Assembly (NCBI RefSeq): GCF_003063545.1
Contig: NZ_NESD01000001.1
Span: forward strand, 1,100,790 to 1,132,789
DNA: 32,000 nucleotides
Source: Limnohabitans sp. Jir61
Lineage (GTDB): Bacteria > Pseudomonadota > Gammaproteobacteria > Burkholderiales > Burkholderiaceae_C
Direction of reading: 5' to 3'
Shown: in pieces, positions 10,021-21,733 of the stretch
Layout: each line of letters opens with the position of its first letter
Position numbering within the stretch: position 1 is the first letter of the stretch
Translations under genes and position numbers: made by a program
Notes under the pieces: generated by a model
Databases searched by the model: none
What the model saw: only the letters and a program-made list of their open reading frames with translations
Told to the model about the DNA's origin: nothing

Positions 10021-10497
10021 TTAGCGGCTGCGCGACTTCATCGCACGCTCCACCTCGCGCTTGCCTTCGCGATCTTTGATGGTGTCGCGTTTGTCGTGCT
10101 CGGCCTTACCTTTGGCCAGCGCGATTTCACATTTGATTTTGCCGTTCTTCCAGTGCAGGTTGATAGGCACCAATGTGTGGCCTTTTTGTTCGACCTTGCC
10201 AATGAGACGTTTGATTTCGTCTTTTTTCAGCAGAAGCTTTTTCGTGCGCACGTTGTCGGGGTTGACATGGCTGGATGCTGTGTGCAGCGGGTTGATTTGG
10301 CAGCCAATCAAAAACAGCTCGCCATTGCGCACCACTACATAACCGTCGGTGAGTTGCACCTTGCCTTCGCGGGCAGACTTGACCTCCCAGCCTTCCAGCA
10401 CCATGCCTGCCTCGAACTTTTCTTCGAAGAAATAGTTGTACGCCGCCTTTTTGTTGTCAGCGATGCGCGATTGAGTTGCAGGTTTTTTGGTAGCCAT
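10021..10497 (-). CDS. smpB: SsrA-binding protein
   Basis: 158 aa. [43 protein letters not shown] and the basic C-terminal tail are canonical for SmpB. Confidence 0.95.
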   Translation of the reverse strand: MATKKPATQSRIADNKKAAYNYFFEEKFEAGMVLEGWEVKSAREGKVQLTDGYVVVRNGELFLIGCQINPLHTASSHVNPDNVRTKKLLLKKDEIKRLIGKVEQKGHTLVPINLHWKNGKIKCEIALAKGKAEHDKRDTIKDREGKREVERAMKSRSR

Positions 10498-10532
10498 TTA
10501 GGTAATGTGGGGACGGTAGAGCTTCTTACAAT

Positions 10533-10997
10533 GTGGACCATTCTATGAAAACCGTACACAAGTCCGTTCTTATTTGGTTCAGCGCTGAAGAAATGTTTGC
10601 GCTGGTCACCGATGTGGCCCGTTATCCTGAGTTTTTGCCTTGGTGCGACCGCGCCGGTGTGCTCGAAACACATGCCGATGGTGCCACCGCCCAAGTGGGC
10701 ATGACCTTTGGTGGCTTTCACAAAAGCTTCACCACGCGCAACGTGCACATTGAAGGCCGCCAAGTCAAGCTAGAGCTGGTCGATGGGCCCTTCAAACATT
10801 TGGATGGCACGTGGGATTTTCACCCGCTACTCGCCCCCAACACCCAAGAGCCACAACGCGCTTGCCGCATTGAGCTGACCTTGAACTACGCATTTGAGAG
10901 CATGTTTGGCGCTTTGGTGGGTCCCGTGTTTGACAAAATCGCCGCGACCTTGGTGGATGCGTTTGTGAAGCGCGCAGAGCAGGTGTACGTCCCTTGA
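10533..10997 (+). CDS. ratA: RatA/CoQ10-like SRPBCC (START-fold) protein
   Basis: KSVLIWFSAEEMFALVTDVARYPEFLPWC parallels E. coli RatA (ALVPYSAEQMYQLVNDVQSYPQFLPGC). The gene is divergent from smpB, as in many proteobacteria. The real start may be the ATG at 10545 rather than the GTG at 10533. Confidence 0.8.
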   Translation: MDHSMKTVHKSVLIWFSAEEMFALVTDVARYPEFLPWCDRAGVLETHADGATAQVGMTFGGFHKSFTTRNVHIEGRQVKLELVDGPFKHLDGTWDFHPLLAPNTQEPQRACRIELTLNYAFESMFGALVGPVFDKIAATLVDAFVKRAEQVYVP

Positions 10998-11341
10998 CTG
11001 CCTTCTCCATCACCGTGATGTACTCGCCCGCACCCCGTGTGGTGCATGAGCGCGTGGTACCGCTCAGCGCGGGTGTGACGGTGCTGCAAGCCTTGCAGCA
11101 AAGCGGCTTGTTGGCTGAATGCCCCGAGATTGACCTCAGCCAACCCGAAGTCTTTACCGTGTGCATTTGGGGGAAGAAAACCAGCCCCGATCATGCGCTT
11201 CGCGACCTAGACCGCATAGAAATTTGCCGCGCACTCACCGTTGACCCAAAAGTGGCGCGGCGTGAGCGTTTCCAACAACAAGGCTCTAGCCGTGCGGGCT
11301 TGTTCTCCAAGCGCCGTGCAGGTGCTAAGCCTGGTTATTAA
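10994..11341 (+). CDS. rnfH: RnfH-family (UPF0125, ubiquitin-like fold) protein
   Basis: 115 aa. ITVMYSPAP...VLQALQQSGLL...IDL...VCIWGK...L.DLDRIEICRALTVDPK..RRERF matches the RnfH/YfjF pattern. The TTG start at 10994 overlaps the ratA stop, and the ratA-rnfH pair is conserved. Confidence 0.8.
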   Translation: MTAFSITVMYSPAPRVVHERVVPLSAGVTVLQALQQSGLLAECPEIDLSQPEVFTVCIWGKKTSPDHALRDLDRIEICRALTVDPKVARRERFQQQGSSRAGLFSKRRAGAKPGY

Positions 11342-11359
11342 TTCTTAATCGAGCACCCA

Positions 11360-12379
11360 ATGACACCAAACCTTTGGCCCACGTGTGGCTATTCATTGCT
11401 GGCCCATAACGACACGGGCCATTTGGTGGTGACCGATGACTTTTTGCGTTTTCTTTTAGAGCGCCCTGAGCTGGCCCCTATCGCCACGTCATGTGCCGCC
11501 GAAGTGGCTTTGCATCACAGCTTGGTTGAGCAGCCACGTCGTGAAGTGACAGCGCAAGAAGTGGCTGAGCTGCAAGACAAAGATGCCGCCGATAACTACG
11601 CCGTGTGGCTGCGCTTTCGCCAGCGCATAACCACGCTGCCCACTTTAGAAGCCAGCTACATCGCCTTGTTCAAAGGTGAAGGTGTGGATGTGCCGCCGCT
11701 TTTGGTGCAGCACATCACGCACATTTTGCTGCGCCATGTGTTGGGCGAAGCGCCCACGGCCATGCAAGCCCGTGCGGCTGAGATGCTGATGCACACGCAA
11801 AAAGTGACTGTGCTCGAAGACGGCTCGGTGATGGCAGCTGATGACGAAACAGTGGAGCGCCACGCCACACAAAGCGGCTTTGGCTCAATTGGCGAGCTGC
11901 TCAAGCAAGGCGGCATCAAGCTGCGCAGCGTGGACTTGGATGTGCTGAATGACGACAACCAAGATGCCTATTGGCCCCGTAGCGAGAGTTTTGACTGGGT
12001 GGTGAGCCTTAACCGTGGTCAACCCGCGTTGAACGCGCTGTGCGAAGTGATGGCCAAGTGGGTGCAGCACTTCTTGGGGGTGCAGGTGCGCATCCAAACT
12101 GAGCGCGAAATCAACGACGAGCACTGGGTGTGGCATGTGGGCTTAGATGCCCAAGCCAGCGGTGTGTTGAATGACCTTTACCAAGGCAAAGAAGTGGATG
12201 CTGAGCGCATGGAACGTTTGCTGTGCCTCTTCAAGCTAGAGTTTGTTGAGCCCAACGACATGTTGGCCGACGTGCGTGGCAAGCCCGTGTATTTGGCGAT
12301 GGCGGTGGATACCAATCAGCGTTTGAAGCTCAAGCCACAAAACTTGCTGCTCAATTTACCGCTGGCAAAGCGGTCGTAA
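11360..12379 (+). CDS. conserved hypothetical protein
   Basis: 339-aa ORF with backbone-like composition and no competing frame. I recognise no catalytic motif. Confidence 0.55.
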   Translation: MTPNLWPTCGYSLLAHNDTGHLVVTDDFLRFLLERPELAPIATSCAAEVALHHSLVEQPRREVTAQEVAELQDKDAADNYAVWLRFRQRITTLPTLEASYIALFKGEGVDVPPLLVQHITHILLRHVLGEAPTAMQARAAEMLMHTQKVTVLEDGSVMAADDETVERHATQSGFGSIGELLKQGGIKLRSVDLDVLNDDNQDAYWPRSESFDWVVSLNRGQPALNALCEVMAKWVQHFLGVQVRIQTEREINDEHWVWHVGLDAQASGVLNDLYQGKEVDAERMERLLCLFKLEFVEPNDMLADVRGKPVYLAMAVDTNQRLKLKPQNLLLNLPLAKRS

Positions 12380-12385
12380 AACCAG

Positions 12386-15261
<2,876 letters not shown>

Positions 15262-15291
15262 GAGCTTTAAAAGCATTTAGCGTTAACAGTA

Positions 15292-15320
15292 AGCCACCCT
15301 TCGGGGTGGCTTTGTTTTTT
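15292..15320 (+). terminator. rho-independent terminator after guaB
   Basis: AGCCACCC (15292-15299), loop TTCG, GGGTGGCT (15304-15311), followed by TTGTTTTTT. Confidence 0.7.
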
Positions 15321-15363
15321 GAGACAATAGCGGGCTAGGCCATTTGAAGGCCCTTTTTTATTT

Positions 15364-16980
15364 ATGTCGCACCAAAAAATCCTCATCCTCGATTTCGGCT
15401 CTCAAGTCACCCAACTCATTGCCCGCCGCGTGCGCGAGGCTCATGTGTTCTGTGAAGTTCATCCTTGCGATGTGACCAGCGACTGGGTGCGTGAATACGC
15501 CAAAGACGGCAATCTGAAGGGCATCATCCTTTCAGGCAGCCACGCCAGCGTGTACGAGGTGGATGACCGTGCGCCTGACGCTGTGTTTGAGCTGGGGCTG
15601 CCCGTGCTGGGCATTTGTTACGGCATGCAAACCATGGCCAGCCAGTTGGGCGGCAAGGTCGAAGCGGGCACCACCCGCGAATTTGGTTACGCCGAAGTGC
15701 GAGCCCACGGCCACACCGAATTGCTCAAAGGCATTGAAGACTTCAACACGCCTGAAGGCCATGGCATGCTGAAAGTTTGGATGAGCCATGGCGACAAAGT
15801 GACCCAACTGCCTGAAGGCTTCAAGGTCATGGCATCGACACCCGCTTGCCCCATCGCCGGTATGGCGGATGAAACGCGCAAGTTCTACGCAGTGCAATTC
15901 CACCCCGAAGTCACGCACACGGTGCAAGGCCAAGCTTTGTTGAACCGCTTTGTGCTGGACATTTGCGGCACACGCCCTGACTGGATCATGGGCGACTACA
16001 TCGAAGAAGCGGTGGCTGCCATTCGCAAACAAGTGGGCGACGAAGAAGTCATCTTGGGCCTGTCCGGCGGCGTGGATTCATCTGTGGCCGCAGCCCTTAT
16101 TCACCGCGCCATTGGCGACAAACTCACCTGCGTGTTTGTGGACCACGGCCTGTTGCGCCTGAATGAAGGCGACATGGTGATGGACATGTTTGTGGGCAAG
16201 TTGCACGCCCATGTGATTCGCGTGGATGCGAGCGATTTGTTCTTAGGCAAATTGGCCGGCGTGAGCGAACCAGAGGCCAAACGCAAAATCATCGGTGGCT
16301 TGTTTGTGGACGTGTTCAAAGAACAAGCGGCCAAACTCAAGGCGGGCGACGGCGGCCACAAAGGCGCAACCTTCCTCGCACAAGGCACGATTTATCCTGA
16401 CGTCATCGAGAGCGGCGGCGCAAAGAGCAAAAAAGCAGTCACCATCAAGAGCCACCACAACGTGGGCGGCTTGCCAGAGCAGTTGGGCTTGAAGCTCTTG
16501 GAGCCCTTGCGCGAATTGTTCAAAGACGAAGTGCGCGAACTCGGCGTGGCCTTAGGGCTACCCCACGACATGGTGTACCGCCACCCATTCCCAGGTCCAG
16601 GCTTGGGCGTGCGCATCTTGGGTGAAGTGAAGAAGGAATATGCCGACTTGCTGCGCCGTGCCGATGCCATCTTCATCGAAGAACTGCACAACTTCAAAGA
16701 TGAAGCTACAGGCAAATCTTGGTACGCCTTGACCAGCCAAGCCTTCACCGTGTTCTTGCCTGTCAAGAGCGTTGGCGTGATGGGCGATGGCCGCACCTAC
16801 GACTACGTGGTGGCATTGCGCGCTGTGCAAACCAGCGACTTCATGACGGCAGATTGGGCCGAGTTGCCTTATGCCTTGCTCAAGAAAGTGTCTGGCCGCA
16901 TCATCAACGAGGTGCGTGGCATCAACCGCGTGACCTACGACGTTTCATCGAAGCCACCAGCGACGATTGAGTGGGAGTAG
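15364..16980 (+). CDS. guaA: GMP synthase (glutamine-hydrolysing)
   Basis: 538 aa. It has a GATase domain ([33 protein letters not shown]), the ATP-PPase P-loop ([10 protein letters not shown]) and the canonical C-terminus PPATIEWE. Confidence 0.95.
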   Translation: MSHQKILILDFGSQVTQLIARRVREAHVFCEVHPCDVTSDWVREYAKDGNLKGIILSGSHASVYEVDDRAPDAVFELGLPVLGICYGMQTMASQLGGKVEAGTTREFGYAEVRAHGHTELLKGIEDFNTPEGHGMLKVWMSHGDKVTQLPEGFKVMASTPACPIAGMADETRKFYAVQFHPEVTHTVQGQALLNRFVLDICGTRPDWIMGDYIEEAVAAIRKQVGDEEVILGLSGGVDSSVAAALIHRAIGDKLTCVFVDHGLLRLNEGDMVMDMFVGKLHAHVIRVDASDLFLGKLAGVSEPEAKRKIIGGLFVDVFKEQAAKLKAGDGGHKGATFLAQGTIYPDVIESGGAKSKKAVTIKSHHNVGGLPEQLGLKLLEPLRELFKDEVRELGVALGLPHDMVYRHPFPGPGLGVRILGEVKKEYADLLRRADAIFIEELHNFKDEATGKSWYALTSQAFTVFLPVKSVGVMGDGRTYDYVVALRAVQTSDFMTADWAELPYALLKKVSGRIINEVRGINRVTYDVSSKPPATIEWE

Positions 16981-17018
16981 TAACAATCACGTAAGTTGTT
17001 GATTTTAAACGATTTACG

Positions 17019-17112
17019 AGTTACACAAAACTTTCACAACCCAATAAAATCTCGTTGATTTTGTTGGGTTTTGACATTACAGTTACACAAAGAGTTACAC
17101 GAACGTGTAACT
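17019..17112. repeat. four copies of AGTTACAC(A/G) (three direct, one inverted) flanking a 14-bp-arm hairpin, upstream of int
   Basis: AGTTACACA occurs at 17019-17027 and 17081-17089, AGTTACACG at 17093-17101, and the inverted CGTGTAACT at 17104-17112. An imperfect inverted repeat sits between the first and second copies: AACCCAATAAAATC (17038-17051), loop TCGTT, GATTTTGTTGGGTT (17057-17070). Confidence 0.45.
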
Positions 17113-17141
17113 ACTACAAACCGTAATGACTCAACCGCTCC

Positions 17142-18428
17142 ATGGCGCTGAAAAAGACCAACTTCAAGGAAGACGAAGAAGCCATATTCGACAACGCTGT
17201 CATCTACAAGCGTGGCGAATACTGGCATATGCGTATGTGGCTCCCCAAAGAGCACAAGTACGCTCGTTTCAGCCTTAAAACGCGAAACAAGAGCACAGCC
17301 AAGGACAAGGCTGAACTCCACTATCACGAACTCAAAGTACTTGAGAAATCAGGCAAAACGTACTTCTCCCAAACAACAAAGATGGGAGTTGAGATGTACT
17401 TGGAGGAACGCAAGATTGATGTCGCCTCAGGCATCATCGTTAAGGGGCGTTTTTCAGTAATTCGCACACATCTAAACCACTGGCTGGATGTGATTGGCAA
17501 AGACACCAAGTTAAAAGAACTTGAACGGACAGACTGCGCCAACTATTTCTACGAGCGCACCAAGACCAAGAAAAGCATTCCTATCAGTCAAAGCACTGTT
17601 GAGAATGAACAGAGCACCGTTAACGCCATGATGAAGTGGCTTCACAAACGTGGTGAAACCTACATAGATTCGTTTGACTTCAAGAAATTAAAGCGCATTG
17701 ATAAAGGCGCAGATGAGAACAGGCGCAGTTCATTCGAAGACCATGAAGTTGATGCGATCAAAACAGCCCTTGCTGAGTACATCGCAGACGCTGAAAAAGA
17801 GATCGATTTGACTGGCAACTACAGCAAAGCGGTCACGGGCTACTACCTTGGCTTCTCCTTAATCTCTGGATTGAGGCGAGGGGAGCAATTACAACTGCGC
17901 TGGTGCGATGTTGAAGATATGGAGCACCAAGAGGCACGTGCCACACCGTTTGATTTGATTCGAGTAACTGTTCGTGGTGAGACAAGTAAGGTTAGAAAAA
18001 CGCGAAAACTTGTTGTCAAAGACTTTGGCTACTACGTTGGCTTGATGCGGTTGAAGCAAAAAGTGTCTGGCGAAAAAGTCAAAGAAAGAGACCTTAGGGC
18101 TTGGCTAGGTGAGCAATTGATGTTCACTACAACAGGCAAGTCACCAATTACACCTCGTGCGATTGGCTACCATTTTGACAAGGTGCTTGAAAAGGCTGGC
18201 ATTACGCACTTGGATAGCCGTGATCTTGTTCCGTATAGTTTCAGGCATTACTTCATTACGCAACGTGTCAACAGTCATTTGCCGCCTCAAATCGTTGCTG
18301 AGATGTGCGGTACAAGCATCACGCAGATTGAGAAGACCTACTATCACACCACTGAAGCCAAGATGGTTAGCAATGCGCTGGCTGACTATGACTATGTGGA
18401 TGGTGTTTTAGTGCCCAAGCTTAAATAA
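17142..18428 (+). CDS. int: tyrosine-type site-specific integrase
   Basis: 428 aa. The C-terminal catalytic domain has LISGLRRGEQLQLRW (Arg I), YSFRHYFIT (His-x-x-Arg region) and ITQIEKTYYH (catalytic Tyr region). It is the first gene of the island and is adjacent to the junction. Confidence 0.85.
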   Translation: MALKKTNFKEDEEAIFDNAVIYKRGEYWHMRMWLPKEHKYARFSLKTRNKSTAKDKAELHYHELKVLEKSGKTYFSQTTKMGVEMYLEERKIDVASGIIVKGRFSVIRTHLNHWLDVIGKDTKLKELERTDCANYFYERTKTKKSIPISQSTVENEQSTVNAMMKWLHKRGETYIDSFDFKKLKRIDKGADENRRSSFEDHEVDAIKTALAEYIADAEKEIDLTGNYSKAVTGYYLGFSLISGLRRGEQLQLRWCDVEDMEHQEARATPFDLIRVTVRGETSKVRKTRKLVVKDFGYYVGLMRLKQKVSGEKVKERDLRAWLGEQLMFTTTGKSPITPRAIGYHFDKVLEKAGITHLDSRDLVPYSFRHYFITQRVNSHLPPQIVAEMCGTSITQIEKTYYHTTEAKMVSNALADYDYVDGVLVPKLK

Positions 18429-18452
18429 TTTTGAAATTCGCAGGTGATGAAT

Positions 18453-19184
18453 ATGAAAAAACTTCTAATGATTGCGACCTTGATTCTTTCAAGCCTTGTG
18501 AACGCTAAACCGACCTCCCCACTTGGAACAATCACGCCAGTAATGGATGTAAAAGAAATACCGACATTTGTGTCCCGATTACCCCAGTGCCAAGGAAATG
18601 ATCCTCAGAAGTGGGATGCTTGCGTCGGAGCTTTTGTTTTTCCTAACAAAAATTCCTATTACGGAGAGTGGAGGAGAGGTGAACGAGACGGAGTAGGGCA
18701 GTTGAAAGTTATGGCAAAGGGCGAGTCGAAGTCTGCTTTTATCGCTTCTGACATGCCAGCTATATATGTAGGTCAGTTCAAGCGTGGTCAATTAAACGGT
18801 CATGGTGTATGGACTGACCAGAACGGCAATCGCTATGAAGGCGAATTCAAAGACAACCTTTTAGTGTTCGAGAAAAAAGATGGAGCAACTGTATTTGGTG
18901 ATGACTCAGACAAGTTCAAAAAGAAGTGCGAGTCGTATGGTCTCAAGTTCGGCACTGGTGAGTTCGCTCAATGTATGCTGAAGCTTGAGCAGATGGCTAA
19001 TCAAAATCAGCAAAGAGATGCCGATAGAGATCACCAGAAAGAAGTCCAGCGTATTGCTAAAGAACCAACATCCATCGACTGGTTTAGATTGGCTAACGAG
19101 TTTGCTAAGCCTCCTCAATTTATGCCTGAACCCTGTGATGGTGGAATGCTATTGCCGCCGGGACAACGGTCTAACTGTAGGTAA
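18453..19184 (+). CDS. secreted MORN-repeat protein
   Basis: It has the signal peptide MKKLLMIATLILSSLVNA/KP. AGGTGA lies 5 nt upstream of the ATG at 18453, whereas the track starts at 18444. The MORN-like repeats are YYGEWRRGERDGVGQL, YVGQFKRGQLNGHGVWT and RYEGEFKDN. Confidence 0.65.
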   Translation: MKKLLMIATLILSSLVNAKPTSPLGTITPVMDVKEIPTFVSRLPQCQGNDPQKWDACVGAFVFPNKNSYYGEWRRGERDGVGQLKVMAKGESKSAFIASDMPAIYVGQFKRGQLNGHGVWTDQNGNRYEGEFKDNLLVFEKKDGATVFGDDSDKFKKKCESYGLKFGTGEFAQCMLKLEQMANQNQQRDADRDHQKEVQRIAKEPTSIDWFRLANEFAKPPQFMPEPCDGGMLLPPGQRSNCR

Positions 19185-19250
19185 GGCTTTAAAGAAACCG
19201 ATCACATAATCGCAGAGCTCAGCGTGTAAGCAAATCAATTTCTGCTATGC

Positions 19251-19739
19251 CTATAAGCCCCGTCTTGACTGAGAAACTGTAACACGACGATTTTGAGGAA
19301 TTACCCCCGTTTTTGCGTTGAAATTAGGGGTTTTGGCTGGCAAAGGTTGCTGTGCCGTTAGAGACGGCTTCACCGGTTGTATGGGTTGCTGTCGTTGAGA
19401 AATTGGTAATGCTGGCACTTGAGTGCGAGTCATGCCTACCTGCTTGGGCTTAACTTTAGGTTTTGCCTTCAAAGGTTTGCGAGGCTTTGATGGCGGCGTT
19501 GGAATCCTTGGCAATTTCACAGCTGCTACCTTCTTAGCAGGCGCTTTCACTTTAGGTATTACAGGTGCGGTCGCAGGACGTGACTTGGCATCTTGCGCTC
19601 TTGATACTGCGGGGGGACTTGATGACGAACTATCACTGGACTTGTTGTTCTGTTGCTTGATGGCTGACCAAACAGCATCACTGACCATCTTCCAAAGCTC
19701 AAGCTGAGCATCTGAGTTTGCGAATTCTTTAAGTCTCAT
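19251..19739 (-). CDS. basic Pro/Lys/Ala-rich, low-complexity protein (histone-H1-like tail)
   Basis: AGGAGA (reverse complement of 19745-19750) lies 5 nt before the ATG at 19739. A short structured N-terminus (MRLKEFANSDAQLELWKMVSDAVWSAIKQQ) is followed by KAPAKK/KPKVKPK-type repeats. Confidence 0.5.
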   Translation of the reverse strand: MRLKEFANSDAQLELWKMVSDAVWSAIKQQNNKSSDSSSSSPPAVSRAQDAKSRPATAPVIPKVKAPAKKVAAVKLPRIPTPPSKPRKPLKAKPKVKPKQVGMTRTQVPALPISQRQQPIQPVKPSLTAQQPLPAKTPNFNAKTGVIPQNRRVTVSQSRRGL

Positions 19740-19783
19740 CACGGTCTCCTTTTCTTTTATTTATCCGTGATGAGTCCTCAGAA

Positions 19784-19939
19784 CTAAGTTCTTTGAATGC
19801 TTATGACGCAGCCATTGCCATACTGAGCTTCTAAAAGAACTTTGGCACGTCTGTGATCAAGGGCATGAACAGATGTCTCCATCTGCTCATAACCGTTGCC
19901 ATGACGAATGCGTATGCGAGCAACGAAGTTGAGCAACAT
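19784..19939 (-). CDS. 51-aa hypothetical protein (below the ORF-track size cutoff)
   Basis: The reverse strand reads MLLNFVARIRIRHGNGYEQMETSVHALDHRRAKVLLEAQYGNGCVISIQRT*. Its ATG shares one base with the TGA stop of the upstream 145-aa gene (TGATG), which suggests translational coupling. It fills an otherwise empty gap in a co-directional operon. Confidence 0.35.
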   Translation of the reverse strand: MLLNFVARIRIRHGNGYEQMETSVHALDHRRAKVLLEAQYGNGCVISIQRT

Positions 19940-20376
19940 CACTTGCCAAAGCCTTCGCGAAGCTTGATGCTGGCTGCTTCGATTTGTGGATCCAACTCAC
20001 CAGCATCGATAGCTTTCTTGATCACTGCTAGCGTGGGGATCAACTCGTTAATGGTCGCAACCTCAACGGCTGTTTTACCCTTAGCAAGTTCAACTACTCG
20101 TGCGCCATAACGCACATTCAATGCGACCTTACCGTTTTCAGTTGGAAACCACCAAGCGCGAACCTTTTTGGATACTTCAACGCATTGAGTATTGCCGTCG
20201 TCATCCTTAATTGTTTTCAAGCGCTTGGAAGTGAACGTGCTGCCCTCGGCTTCAGCTTTAGCAAGTTCAATTTGCTCTCCAATTTTCTTGCTCAGCTTTG
20301 TTCGACGGTGAATAGCTGGATTTGCGGCAGCACCTTTTTTGATAGCAGTCAGTTTGAGTGAGTTAAGTGCGGACAT
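19939..20376 (-). CDS. conserved island-associated hypothetical protein
   Basis: 145 aa from the ATG at 20376, with AAGGA 7 nt upstream (the track starts at the TTG at 20379). It reads MSALNSLKLTAIKKG...RAWWFPTENGKVALNVRYGARVVELAKGKTAVEV...AIDAGELD. I believe it resembles a DUF family seen on proteobacterial islands but cannot verify this. Confidence 0.55.
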   Translation of the reverse strand: MSALNSLKLTAIKKGAAANPAIHRRTKLSKKIGEQIELAKAEAEGSTFTSKRLKTIKDDDGNTQCVEVSKKVRAWWFPTENGKVALNVRYGARVVELAKGKTAVEVATINELIPTLAVIKKAIDAGELDPQIEAASIKLREGFGK

Positions 20377-20540
20377 CAATATTTCCTTTATGTGTTGTTG
20401 ACGTTCGCAACTTTATTTTCAGACCAACTGATTGAGCAACCAAGCCTCATAGGTGTCCCGCCAATCTGGACGGACACTCAGCAAAAGAACCAGATTTAAA
20501 GCTCCTTTTATTTGGTCTTCATAAATAGCTATACAAATAT

Positions 20541-21062
20541 TTGGATAAACAGCTAGTGACGCAACTTCGCATACATCAATTGATAAGACACGCATTCACA
20601 GAAGATTTAAGTGAGTTAGCGGTGTTAACTATTCGCGCAGATGGAACCATCAAGAATGGGGCTTGCGTACGTCAATCCCCATGGTCTCAAAACGCGACAG
20701 GATCAATTCACTTGCTTGTTCACGCCCTAGATCGAACTATTTCTCACCTAAGCAGAGGCGAAAACAAAGACATGAAGTTCGTCGCATTTTTTGGTGGTGA
20801 GAAAGATAGCGGAGTCGCTGGACACTTTCACGCACTTCTTCAGTTCCCATCAAATGCTGACAAAGAAGCATTCGTAGAAAAATTCCAAAAATTATGGTCA
20901 ATTAAGGTTTCAGATGCTCTCAAGACAACTCTAAAAACGAGTGTGTACGCTAAACCTATCAAAAGTCAGGAAGCCTATTCTGCTTACTGCTCTAGATATG
21001 AGGGCGCTACTTTCGGTGGTGGTTCCGAGAAAGTAGTTATGTCTCGCTCTTTGAAGTTCTAA
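20541..21062 (+). CDS. hypothetical protein with HUH-endonuclease-like motifs (possible Rep/relaxase-type nickase)
   Basis: 173 aa with a TTG start (a GTG at 20556 is an alternative). It has the ordered motifs VLTIR (motif I-like), GHFHALLQF (His-hydrophobic-His) and YSAYCSRYEG (Tyr cluster with YxxxY spacing). Confidence 0.45.
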   Translation: MDKQLVTQLRIHQLIRHAFTEDLSELAVLTIRADGTIKNGACVRQSPWSQNATGSIHLLVHALDRTISHLSRGENKDMKFVAFFGGEKDSGVAGHFHALLQFPSNADKEAFVEKFQKLWSIKVSDALKTTLKTSVYAKPIKSQEAYSAYCSRYEGATFGGGSEKVVMSRSLKF

Positions 21063-21466
21063 AGAATTTCTCTCTAGCTGCTGAAGTGTCCCGACCACGG
21101 AATAAAGACAAGTAAGCATGCGAGAGGCGAGGCATAAAAAGATGGCGTTCAGTCGCTATCCTTTTCAGCGACAACTCAATAAAGTTTCAACAATTCAAAA
21201 CCGACTAAATCATCATTCAAACTGATTACTAGGTGCTGAACAAAGCACAGAGCGAATGCGAAAGTGTTTTGTGAAAGCGCAAGCGAACAGCAAGTTCGCT
21301 CATACACCTACTGACAGATGGAGCACACAAATAAGATCAATCGATGCCCTACGCCTTGATGACCTCAGCTAATTCTTAGAAACCCGCCAAGACATCAGGA
21401 CTCAGGTTGCTCATTTGTTCATTTGAAACAAAACTTTGTCCATACACACACTAATGGACGAATCAA

Positions 21467-21733
21467 ATGAACGAAACAGAAATCAAAAAGTTAGCAGCGA
21501 CATACACACGCGAAGAAGCTAGATCAAGGTTACAACATGTCGCAAATGAGTTAGTCAAAGCCAGCTTCAACATCGAGGAATACATTGAGCGATTTGACTC
21601 AGCGGAGAACGACGCACATAGGGCAAGGATCGTCAATTGGGCATTGAGCCACTTAGTTTGTAACATCCAAACTAATTTACGCATCGATCTGCTAGCTAAC
21701 AGCCAAGCTGCTTTAGCCAACACAGGACTGTGA
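21467..21733 (+). CDS. hypothetical protein
   Basis: 88-aa helical ORF with a 4-nt overlap (GTGA) with the next gene. Confidence 0.45.
   Translation: MNETEIKKLAATYTREEARSRLQHVANELVKASFNIEEYIERFDSAENDAHRARIVNWALSHLVCNIQTNLRIDLLANSQAALANTGL

Noticed and set aside
19853-20110. 85-aa plus-strand ORF
   Set aside because: It is antisense to the 145-aa gene and to the coupled 51-aa ORF of a coherent minus-strand operon, and it has no start context.
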